Below, piece after piece: positions 52,701 through 64,000 of a stretch of 64,000 nt of DNA. The position numbers and the translations under genes were made by a program. The stretch's first letter is position 1; each line of letters opens with the position of its first letter. Below the pieces are notes generated by a model, which saw only the letters and a program-made list of their open reading frames with translations, was not told where the DNA came from and searched no databases. The stretch is from Blepharisma stoltei ATCC 30299. Its lineage: Eukaryota > Protista > Ciliophora. Location of the stretch: assembly GCA_965603825.1 (NCBI GenBank), contig CBFDEM010000050.1, positions 372,001 to 436,000 of the forward strand. Reading direction: 5' to 3'.

Positions 52701-55700
52701 TCTTCCTTATAGTTGTCATTAAACACGCATAACAAGCTGAGCTGAACTCCCTTAACGCTTGGTTTCCATTATCAAAATTCCCTAAAAGCTCAAATCTCTC
52801 AGGTTTCTCTTTTCTGTATTTTCCACAAAAATTAATTAACTGCTTAGTCAGCTCATTTCCTTGCGACCCAGCCCCAAAAAGTGCTTTATGGGTGTTATCT
52901 TTCAGCCTCTGCGATGGCAATCTTGCATAAGTTTTTTCAAAAAACAGCAAAACAAAGCGTTTTTCCATCAGTTTAAAAAAATAATCCAAAGCGTCATGGG
53001 CATCCCCTGGTTTTTCATTTAATTTTCCTAATAACTGATGTGTATGGGCAATAACAAGATTTTCCAGCATTTCTTCATCACAAATATCCATCATAGGCAG
53101 AAGAATCCTTTTCGCCAATCCCCATCTCAAATTATGCTTGATATTTCTATCAATATTTGGATTAAAAAAATGGGTTAAAAAGTCCCTAAAACTATCTTGA
53201 AAAGTCCCTAAAGGCTCTTTTGTGATTTGGTCATCAATAAAAGTATTCAAAACATGGGTAAGTTCAGCTTCATATCCAGAATCTTCTTCTCTTATTAAAG
53301 AAAATATTAGTGTCACAGCATCAATATGATGGGTTGCCTTTATCAGCTCGAAAAATCCTTTTATTAAAGATTCAAACTCATAAGTTTCTTTCCCTGGGCG
53401 CAGATTTTGAGTCCCAGTCAAAAAATGCTGAGATTGGACTTCCATAAGCAAAGGCTTTATTTCATTCCAGTAATTAGGAATCACCATTCTATAATCCCAC
53501 ATCATAGCAATTAAATTAATTGCTTCTCTTTTAATAGACGCCGCTCTATCAGGGCTCAATAAATTCTTTATTATCACCTGTATATGCTGCAAAAACTGAG
53601 GCATTTTTTTCACAATTTCTATACCCTCTCCAAAAATCCCTAAATTTTTACAAAAATCAAGGAAAACACAGTAAACTTTTACGATGATCTGACAGTGCTC
53701 AATGCTGGGGATTACAGAAATCATGCCCATTAAAGGCATAGCACACTCTACAAATTCATTAATAAAGTCTTTAAGAGGCAAAATTTTGGAGTCTTTGACT
53801 GTAGAGGCTCCTTTTTGGAGGATTGGGATAAGAATAGGGAATAATAAATCAGCACGGACTGAGAGGCTTTTAAAGGTAAGTTTTAAAGCAGGGACCCAAT
53901 GAGAAGAAATATAGTCAAGAAGAAGCTCGCTGCAGTTTTGGAAGACTTTTTGGGTAGTTAAAAGAATGCTGAAATCGTCATCTGACAGTTTGGTTTCTTT
54001 GAAAAAGTTAAATAAAGCTTTTCCTTTGCGTAGCTGAGATTGGGTATCTTGGGAAAGGGATTCTACCATGACTGGAAAAATGGTTTGTTGGATTGCTTTG
54101 TATATAGCTTGGCCTTTATTTCCAAGAAGCTTTATAATGCGTGAGAAGCCATATAGAGATACTTTTAATAGTCTTTCTGAGGTATAGATGCTGAAATTGT
54201 TCCAGATTTCTATTATTTGTTGAGCTGTCACCGCATTAATATTCAAAATTTCCATTGCTGACTCCCTTAATTCTTCATATAATTTGCTGATTTCAGGAGT
54301 CTCCACCTGTGGAAAAATCCCAAGCTGATTCGGACTGACTACGATTTTTATTAGAAATTCTGAATTTATGCCTGCATTTGGGTAAAGTTTGCAATAATCC
54401 ATCGTAGCTTTTAAGGAATACAGCTTTTTCACGATATTTTCTTCTGCACATTCTCCTAATGCGAAATCTGTCAGACTTTGCTCTATAAGTCTTGGATTGT
54501 GCTCTATTAAGCCTTCTTTAGAAAGCCAACTAATACAGTCAATAATCCCTTCATATTCTTCATAATTGTCACGATTCCCTATATCCAGCTGATTTTGTCT
54601 GCTTCAGGCTAGTTTGTCAATTCCTACAATTTCTGCTAGTCTTCACCAAATTTTTTTAGAATTTTCTCTACAGGCTCTTTCTGGCCGTAAACATTGTTCC
54701 CAAATCCATTTAAGAAAACTTGTAATTTCTAAAGAATGGGCTCTTTTTGGGTTAGTTTTTAGGAGAATATTGATTTTTAAAGCACAGATATTGAGAAATT
54801 CATATATAATTCCTTCACATAAATTGATGATTTCTTGTGATTCTTTATCATAATGAGAAAGGCGAATTGTTATCATGACTACGTGGCCGATTTCTAATAA
54901 AAATCTGTCTACAAGCTCATCATTATTCCCCATGTGGGTCAGGATATTTCCGATACAAAGAACTGCGCCAAGCCTTTTGGTAGAGTCTGGATGGTTTGAA
55001 TAGGTTTCAATTCTTCTTAAAATTGACTTGAAATAAGCTACAGGGGATGCTGGCTGAGAAATGACTGAGCTTGCAAACTCTCCCATGCAGCTTCCTGCAA
55101 GATTTCTTAAGGCTGCATTATTAGGGTTAGAGACAGCTTGCATTAAGGCATCTAGAAGGGCCATAGTCTCAGGGTGTTCATATCCCCTTGACTTTGCAAA
55201 CCATCTGACAAGCTGTCTGCTTAGTGGCTCAAAAACTTGTCGGCTCACAGCTTCTACATCAGTAGCAAGGTTATAAATAACAGGAAAGAGCTTTTCATAA
55301 ACTTTAGCAAAAGGGTTGGACTCTTTAGATCTCGCTCCTATCTGTGAGTTTTTTCCAAGCATATAAATTATTATAGAGTGCAAAAGCTCACAAGCTGCGA
55401 CCCTTGTTTTTCTATCTGTAGCATTTTCTGCTAAATGCAGAATTCTAGGCAGTGCCGGGTCTAAAAACACTTCCAGCTTTATTTGGTGTAAAGGGATTGC
55501 AAATTTCACCCTAGGCTCTGCGTCCCAAGCTATATGAATATCCTCTACTTTTTTAGGCACAATATAATGAGAAAATCCACCTAAAGACCCTAATAGCTTG
55601 ACCACCCTAAATGCGACTGTTTTTCGCTTTTTCCGAATCAAAGCTTCTTCTGTATCCCCCCCTTGGACTTCTTGGCTGATTTTATCAACTGTTAAATAGC

Positions 55701-57882
55701 TTGATAAACATGGTAAAATTTCAGGCAAAAATGGCTCTAGAGCACTCATAGGGATTTTTTTAGTCCAGTCATTCAAAGCAGAAATTGTGCTATGGGCTAG
55801 CGGCAAATGGGCTAAGCCTAATGATAAAGCTTGGACTATAACAGGAACCCATGTAGGCAAATTGTTTTCTTCAGGGGAGTAAATTAAGCTCACAGGGCAA
55901 GCTAAACAAACCTCAAGACAGCTACCGAGTAATGCGTCATGGAAGCCTTGCATTCTCTTAATTAAGCTTTTAATTGTTTCTGAAATAATCCTTCTTTCAT
56001 GTGGTAAAGTATCTAGAAAGTCTGTTTTGCTGCACACAGTCATTATGACTGTTAAAAAACTATATAAAGATGGCAATAAAGGTAATTCAGACGATTTTTT
56101 ATTGAGTAAGTCCACATATGGCATTACCCACCCTGTCAGTCTTGGAGCCATAACTTTAAAAAAATGCTTGGCAAAGTCACTGGCCTGATAAAAAAACTGC
56201 TGCTCCTCAGGACTATTTGCCACAATTTCAGTATCCGCCAAATTTCCTTTAATTGAGTACTGTAAATCCAAAGTCTGCAGAATATTTAAAAAAAACTGGC
56301 CAATCTCATCAACAATATGCTGGATCAATATTTCTGTCAAGCATTCTTGGCTTAAAATTCCTGCCCACAGCTGACTTGCTAGCTTAACCCTTTCTTCTGG
56401 GTTTTCAACTTCTTCAGGAATAGTCAAAAGCTCATTCATCGCCCTTGTTACAAAAATTTTTATCCAAGGCCCAAACTGTCCTGCTTGCAGATATAAAGAC
56501 GAAAAAAGCTGGGCAATAGACTGATACAGCAAAAACCTGTATTTTTTTATTAGAGTCATATTTCGCTTAAAAATCTCTAAGGTTACCTTGGAAAAATGCA
56601 TCAAAATATGTTCAGGGATGACAGTCAGTGATCTTGCTATGTCAGCATAGGACAGTAAAAATGAGGCTAAGGACTTTTGTTTTAGCATGACAGCTTTGAA
56701 GCTTTCTTCTTCTATTTCTTCTTGGGAAAACAAATAGTTTTCACTCAGCTCTACAAGCTTGTCTAAAAGGTCTTTTAAATAGTCCTCACCTCTGAATTTT
56801 ACTATAGCTTGAGAAAAAACACCAAGGGCTCTTAAGGTGTTAGGATATCCTTGGGTGCCTTGAGGAGTTTCTATTTGTTTTCTTAAAATTTTCAATATAT
56901 ATTCAAAAGTGTGCATATGGGCTTGGGCTTCTCTTGACAAAGTGTCAGCTAAAACCATCAAGCATTGTTCGCAGCAGTCTTGAGCTAGATATTTTATAGA
57001 GTAAGCCCCTGTTTTGGCTAAATCATTCAATGTATTAAACAGTTGTATAGCATTTTCTGTTATAAGATCTGCAAAAACAGTCGAGTTCATTGCAATTATT
57101 TTCATTGCTGCCTTAGGGATCATATATCTAGACTCAATTGGCTGCATTAAGGCTTTCGCGTACCCAAAAAGCTCGGCGAGAATTTCTTGTGGGTAATTAA
57201 AGCTTTTTAGCCCATATGCCAAGCCTTTCATCATTCCCGCTAGTGAACGTTCTTCTGTCTTTTGGCCTTTATTGATTTCTGTTCTTATTCTTATATGGAT
57301 AAGCTGCTGGATTTCAGGGATACGGTGCTGTAGCTCGCCTTCGAAATGGGAAACTAGTAGGCCAAGCATATTATAAATTGCGCCTCTGAGTGTCGATCCC
57401 ATGGTTTTTTCTTCTGTTTTTAGCTTGTTGTCAAGCAAAATTGCGATCATGCCTTCAGGATCAAGGATATCTTTAAGCTTGGTGGCTACAAAAGTCTCAA
57501 GGAGCTTAATTAGAGGCCTGAGGGCAGCTTCTTTAACCATGCTGGACTTGGTTGATTTTGCCATCAATTGGATGCAGACTTCTTTGATTTCGGGGATATA
57601 TTCATTAATTGTATTTGACCGAGTCTTTATATAGTCTGAGACTAAGTCAAGAGAGTTACTCATAGTTTTTCATATCAGTCTGTCAGGCTCTTCACGATGG
57701 GTTTTGATGAAGTTTAATAGAGAAATATCGGAATTCAATAGTTTGGAAGAGCAAAAAGCTACTTGAGCTGAGCTGAGATTTGGATTTAAAACCAAACTAC
57801 GAAGTTCGCCAAGGATGCTGTCAGCATCTGTAAAAGATAAGGCATGTAATGCTCTGAGCAACTCTTCAACGCGCCTTTCCAT
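46726..57882 (-). CDS. PRKDC: DNA-dependent protein kinase catalytic subunit, 3718 aa
   Basis: Seven track ORFs lie in one frame with 8 internal TGA (e.g. MPQ-W-MQCLH, RRL-W-IALTKVY). HEAT region (RKTRVAACELLHS), YRTGDFPDIQI, FAT domain, kinase motifs LVKGGEDLRLDQR, GIGDRHLENFL and IDFGIAFG, and FATC HATDPNILGRAWIGW. Ends TAA. Confidence 0.95.
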
Positions 57883-57963
57883 TTTATAATTAATTGATAG
57901 AGAATATTCCAGCTATCAAGCAGATAGAAGACTTAAATGCAAAAACTGAAGAAATGGCAATAA
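57883..57963. promoter_or_regulatory. 81-bp divergent intergenic region (putative bidirectional promoter) between DNA-PKcs and the DHFR-like gene
   Basis: Head-to-head ATGs at 57882 (-) and 57964 (+); function is inferred from geometry only. Confidence 0.5.
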
Positions 57964-58482
57964 ATGAATAAAGTAATTTTGTATGTTGCAGCGTCATTAG
58001 ATGGATTTATTGCTGATATTAATGGTAAAGTGGATTGACTATGGATGCCAAATGATCCTGATGATATTTTAGGATATCGGAAATTAAAGAATAGGATCGG
58101 AACAATTGTGATGGGGAGTAAAAGCTATCAGCAAGCACTCACATTTGGCCCGTGGGAGTGGTCTGATAAGCATACTTATGTTTTTACATCTAAGCCTTTA
58201 AGGACAGATTTAACATGTGTGGAGTTCATTTCTCAGTCACCTCAAGAATTTATTGAAAATTTCAGAAGAGCAGGAAAAAGCAAAGATATTTGGCTTTTCG
58301 GAGGAGCTGCTTTGGCTGCTTCCTTTGCCCAAGTGCGTTTAATTGATGAAATTGTGCTAACAAGTGTCCCAATTACACTTGGAGATGGGATTTTGCTAAA
58401 TTTACCTTGGCATGATTTTATGCTACAAAGTGAAATTCAATGCATGGAAGGACTTATTCAAAAGACTTATTTTCTTAACTAA
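57964..58482 (+). CDS. Bacterial-type dihydrofolate reductase family / RibD C-terminal-domain protein, 172 aa
   Basis: True start is upstream of the track ORF: MNKVILYVAASLDGFIADINGKVD-W(TGA)-L. Also VMGSKSY, KDIWLFGGAALAASF and LIDEIVLTSVPITLGDG. Ends TAA. Confidence 0.88.
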
Positions 58483-58679
58483 TAAAAAACTTATCACTAT
58501 TCATAAGCATAATTTTTTTACTATTAAAATAATTTTAAATCCAAAGCTCTGAATAAATATATACGCTTGCAGTATTTAGCATTGAGAAAAATTTATTGAT
58601 ATTTTTTAACTTCTTAATATAAAGCTTTCATTGTATAAAATTTACGAATTAAAATAAACAAAATTTCTTCAAAAGTAAT

Positions 58680-60296
58680 CTATTTCCCATTTTTATTCCT
58701 TGAAAGTACCTCTTCAACTACATCTGCATTAGTCTCAAAATAGCACAGCTGAGAAGATATGAAATTCTTATGGGTCATTCCTCCTAAAACTAGCAGTTTT
58801 GATCCATATGAAGCCATACAGTGGCCTCATCTACCTTCTGGCTCACTTCCTTTAATATCAACTCTTTCCCACTTGAGGTTTTCTACATTAAACATATGCA
58901 AATCATTTAGTTCTGACCCTCCTTGGCCATATAAGTCGTCATTCCTCCCTCCAAAAATGTAAAGTCTATAGTTTGCTGTGCAGGCAGAGTGGGAATATCT
59001 TGGTGAAGGAGCATTTTCAGATTTAATTTCTATTCAGTTTAAGCTATCATTTACGATATGAAGGCAGTGGAACCAGTTGCAAGGCTTGTACTCAAAGTTT
59101 AGGCCCCCAAATAAGTAGAAGCCTACATTTGAGATCTGAAAAGGGTTTTTGGCTTGGATTTCAAATAAATTGCTTCGGTAGTCTAAAAGCTGCTCATTAG
59201 AAAAAATTCCTGTCAGAGTTGCATGTGATCTAAAGCCAGGATCATCAAAGACATTTATTTCTGGAATTGACCATTCTTTAGCTTTGGAGTCATATATATA
59301 TAAACAATTTGTTGTGTGGCCTCTTTGATTCATTCCTCCATAGACCACCATAAATCGGCCTACTTTGCTTGCAGCATGATTTCTTAATGCCTGGGGCAAT
59401 TGGCCTGAGCCTGTAAATATTTGTCATTTTTGGTCTTTGAGAGAAAGGATATTAAGCTTTGCTGTGCATCTTCTTGTCCCATCATGTGTATGCGACGCAT
59501 AACCTCCAAAAACCACAATTTTCTTCTTAAAAACTACCATAGAATGCCCAGCTCTCCCTTGAGGGCAATACTGAGTATTCAAAATATTCCATTTCCAACT
59601 AATCAAGTCAAGCTCTCTTACGTCAGGATGCAAAATCCTGCTTTCTCCTGCATATAAATACATCTTTTCTGCAACAATTGCAACTTGGCACCCTTCTCGG
59701 CTATTAGGCATAGATCCTCCTGTACATTTTGTGTCAAAAATTGCAATGCTGGGCTTAGAGAACTGATTTAGTCGTGGGCTTTCTTTATTTGGCTCTTCTT
59801 TTTTAGCTAAATTCATATTGAAGTATGGGATGTGTGAAATCTCTGTAGATATAAATTTAGTTAGGAAAGGCACCAAAAATTTTTTGGAGGGTTTTATTGA
59901 GTCTTTGCTTATGATTGAGGAGCTTTTTCTTATTTTAATGAGGCTGATTGGGGAATTTACCATTTGTGTGTGTCTTAAGGATGAATTTTTTCAGCTAAGT
60001 TGTTTCATTCTTATCCAGTTATTTTGATTGCTTGTATTTTCAAATACATTTGTGGGTGATTTATATACAAAATTTTCAAAGGAAAGATCTTTTAGCACTT
60101 GTGTGTCGCTTAAATTAGCTTTTCTTCTATGCGTCATGCTCCCTTTTATGTCGATTTTCTTTTTAATCTCGATTCTGCTGCTGACAACAACTTGTGATTC
60201 CAGACTTGGGCTATAACGAATAATTTTAAAAGGAGCGATAATCTTCTTTTGAGGTTTTTGGCCAAGAGATTTTAAAGATTCATGCCTGGAGTGCAT
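58680..60296 (-). CDS. Kelch-repeat beta-propeller protein with basic low-complexity N-terminus, 538 aa
   Basis: Three track ORFs plus a downstream frame are joined at TGA. Repeats PNSREG..YLYAG, GRAGHS..VVFGG, LRNHAA..VYGG, PRYSHSA..YIFGG, GRWGHC..VLGG. Ends TAG at 58680-58682. Confidence 0.87.
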
Positions 60297-60964
60297 ATTT
60301 TATTTTTTATTTAAAATCTTCCAATAGTCAAAAGCATTTTGGAATATTTTACTCCAATTTTTATAAATTTCTTATGTAGTTTTTTAAAAAGTCTAAAATA
60401 TGTCTCTTTATGAATTTTCAATCACAATTAGTGATTAATGGAATTAAATTTTTATTCAAAAAATTATTAGATAAAGATTTTATTATATGATAATAAGTAA
60501 TATACTAAAATATTAAGCTATCCCTTGATCGAATTTTAAGTACCTATAAAATGAAGTTAGAAATACTTTTAATATTTAGAATAAACATTGATCAGCTATG
60601 GCTTGACTTGCTTTCTTTAACAGAAACAAAATATAAAATTATTATCAACAATATTATTTTTATTAAATATATATAAAGCAAACTGAATAATATACTTTAT
60701 ATAGGCTATTGCTTACACAAATTTTATCTTTAAGGCATAGTTTGTAAATTTTCTTTAGTTGATTAAAATAATAATTATTCAAAAGGATGATTATAATATT
60801 AATTATCAAAATTTATAGCCAGCTCTTTGGCTTTGCTTTGATAAATATCTTTTTATAATAACCTTTCAAGATATATTCTTCTTTAAAACCCATAAACTAG
60901 AATTTTAGAAATTTTTGCATTAAATGCCTATTCCTTCTATAATTTTTTAAAACAGGGATCAACA

Positions 60965-63900
60965 ATGAAAAGCCTTATAAGCTTGATTGTTCTTATTGGA
61001 CTTGCTAATTGCATAAAATTTGGAACTTATGATCCATACCTCGATCCTGGGAGAATATTATGACCAAAAGACACTTGGTTTAATAACCCTATAGAGCTCA
61101 GCCAAACTAATGCTGGCTCGTCCATCACCTTGACAATTCATTTCAGGCCTTCAACCTCATTGACTTCAGGAACTGTCCAAATCATTTTTCCGCAGACCTA
61201 TTCAACAGAACTAAATAAAGAAGCCACTCTTCCTAGTAATTATAACTTGCAAGCTGGGAAAGACATTAGTGCTACCTATTCTACAATCCTTCCTAGCTCT
61301 GAAGGAGTTTATGGGCCAATCGGAATTGTCACTAGGCACAATGCTGATGGACAAATTGTAGATGCAAATTACCATTTTGGGTTTATTGCTATAACTAGCT
61401 CAGCCCTCAAAGCAAATCTTGATGTTTCTAGAACTACCGCCAGTACTTCAAGTAAAATCAGTACTAATAACGCCCTTGAGTTTGCATTTACCTTGACTTT
61501 TAGCCTTTGGGCTCATGATATCATTGAAATCGTCCCAGATTCTAACTGGACCCCAAAATCAGGGATTACCTGCCAATCAGTGGGAAGCCCAAATCTTCTC
61601 TTTAGCTCAAGTAATTCAAACTCTTTACCTTGTGCACTCGCAGTCAAAAGCTCTTCATCACTTGGAGTTGCAGTTGGGGCTGATTCGACCGATATTTCTA
61701 ATGATAGTATTTATATTTATGGGATTGCTAAAGATGTTTATGTGTCTGCTGGATCAAGTTCAAATTTTTACACTGTTAAGCTTGATGTAAATTATTTTGT
61801 ATCACCACCATTTGCAACCAGTTCAAGCAGCTGGACTATTAATGTTTGACGATGGGGAACCAATAACTTGCTTGCTAAATATACTACAACTACAGGGCCT
61901 GGGTCATCAGCAGGATTGGCTACTTTTATAAATTGGGAAAATCAAAATTATCCTTCTAATAATGCTATGCAGAGTCAAGTTATTTTTACTAAAGTTACAG
62001 TTGGTACTAATAATCCCCTTCCAGCTTTAAGTACTTTGACTGTTGCTTTTACCAATGTTGATATATATAATACAGCCTGGTGGTCAGATTTAGATGGCTC
62101 GACTGAAAAAGCGAGTGGCCTGTGCCATGTTACTCCAGCTATTTCTGGTGCGAGCTGTGAAGCAACCTCTGAGACCACTGCAACTGTAACATTTGCAGAA
62201 GAATGAGCTAAAGGATCAGTATCATTTGTGGTATTAAGCAAGTTTATTGGAGAATCTCCAAAAGTTTATAAAATTACTACTTATTATGGTTCAACTAGCA
62301 ATATTGTAGATCAAAGTGAAACCAATCCTGGTGAATTTGTGATTACCTCAGCGTCATCAACTAATTATAGGATTCCTGATGTTGCTTTGCATGCTCTTCC
62401 TTCTTCAACTGCATCATATCCTCAACTTAATACTGGAAGTGGTTATAGTCCATATTCTCTATATAACTCCAATAATGTAAACCAAGGAGGACTAAATAGC
62501 CAATCTATCTTTATTCGCACAACTCCAGGCAGCACAAATTCATGGGGAGGAACTTCTGGTGCTGCAGCTAGTTTAACTTTTTATTTCAACTGGGCAACAT
62601 CAATTGAGTTTGATACTTTTAACTATGTCTATCTTGGGAGTACAATTAATGATTACATCAATACTGCTACTAGCTTAGGATCATCAACAGCTGGAGATCG
62701 TGTCTTAGAAGCAGCAAGCCCTCCCACTTCTCCTATATTATCAAGCAAAAACAAAATTTCTGTATCATTTTCAGCCTCTTCAAGTTCTCCATCTGTAGCA
62801 TATGGTAACTACTATATTTTAAGAATTTCGGACTCAGGTCTGCCTTTCATAGCATCCAACAAGGCAACTTTTTATGAAATCTGGGCAATAGCAACCTATG
62901 CAGCCACGACTGAAATTGGCAGCTCAGTTATTTCAGTGCTTCCTCAGAAAACTTCATCAAAGCTCTATGCATTGCTAGCTTGCAATGACCAGCTTGATGG
63001 GATTCCGATCGTTGTCTACTTTGAGCCAATAAACACCAGCTTTGATTTTTCTTCCCATGCATACGCAATTGATATTGAAATAGGTAATGGATATGACTGA
63101 TATAAAGGATTTATGGGTACTGGTATTAAGATAACGGATAATGGTGGAACTTTGACTATCAATAGCCATTTTTTATCTTCTAGTTCTTCTGCTACTGCTA
63201 GCTATATATTTTCTGGGACAACACTAACTATTACTCTTAAAAATCTTGGATTTACTTCTATAAATACACCAACAAAGGTAACCACTTATTTTCCAAGTGC
63301 AGTTGCCTCGCTTGGCATAACTCATTTTTCAGTAAGCACATATTTTTATGTCGTCAAGCCATCTGATCCTTTGGCCAAACAAATTCTTTATAAATCTTCA
63401 TATACATCTTGGGATATTCAAACAACTCTTAAACCTTTTGACTCTTCTTCAGCAGGAGCAAAAACTTCAGATTCCTCCACCTGGTATATTGGAGCTTCAG
63501 AAGGTATCACAATATCCAACAAACTTAAAAGCAGCACTTCAGCAACTGCAATATCGTCTAACTATATGATTGGGATTGGTTTATCAGCAGGATTTACTTT
63601 TTCCTCAGTTCCTTCCTATTCTGTAGTAGTTGACACAGCAACAGCGGCAACTTCGCCTACCTCTACGACATATTATTTAAGCTCTTCAAGTGACTATGGA
63701 GCTGGTGGGTTTATTATGGCCTATGGATCATCATGGGGCTCTGCAGCACCTACTTCTGGTGGGATTGATTATAATCTAGCAGTTACCAATCTACAAAGTC
63801 CAAACCACTCTAGCTCAAGTACTTGGAATGTATGGGTGGCAGCCGATTCGCCAGGATTAGATTGCAAATATTCAAAATCTTATTCTGAAAATATCATCAT

Positions 63901-64000
63901 TAAAGAAGCAGCTTTGAACACACCTAAATGCTATTCTGATTCAGATACTATTATGGGAGCTAGTGCAGACTCTGTTAATCTGTCAATGAATTTTGAATTC
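60965..64000 (+). CDS. Large secreted/surface Ser/Thr-rich beta-rich protein, 3' end outside the window
   Basis: Signal-peptide-like MKSLISLIVLIGLANC. ORFs 61130-61849, 61868-62206 and 62228-63100 are in the same frame, joined at TGA, and the frame appears to stay open to the window edge. No family recognised. Confidence 0.78.

Noticed and set aside
89-63569. Short antisense or alternate-frame ORFs in the track (e.g. 2690-3097, 35486-35893, 47030-47662, 45068-45348)
   Set aside because: They are shadows of real genes on the opposite strand or products of the coding repeat; no motifs.
1-64000. Reading the many adjacent short ORFs as operons or nonsense-riddled pseudogenes
   Set aside because: They are in frame and separated only by TGA at Trp positions, so they are single genes.

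Overview
AT-rich, gene-dense, apparently intron-free eukaryotic DNA. TGA is read as Trp and genes end in TAA/TAG, which fits a ciliate nuclear genome, most likely a heterotrich such as Blepharisma (taxon is inference). The supplied ORF track is therefore fragmented; re-reading with TGA=W joins the pieces into about 12 long genes. The left ~45 kb is a tandem segmental duplication of the block [giant SPRY/CUB-like/HECT gene - importin alpha - Kelch - (WD40) - giant ankyrin gene - sugar transporter] with reciprocal decay. Copy A keeps importin alpha, Kelch and ankyrin but has a dead transporter; copy B keeps the transporter but has remnants of the others. At the junction lie a pseudogenised HECT 3' fragment and a previously uncalled, 5'-truncated retroviral-type DD35E integrase. 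The integrase is interrupted immediately before its first catalytic Asp by a 54-bp TA-bounded, GC-rich palindrome (IES/MITE-like), whose precise removal restores the frame and the RVQIDL motif. The complete 4051-aa HECT protein has Ala in place of the catalytic Cys. The right part carries RAD23, a full-length 3718-aa DNA-PKcs head-to-head (81 bp) with a bacterial-type DHFR/RibD-like gene, a Kelch gene and the start of a large Ser/Thr-rich secreted protein.
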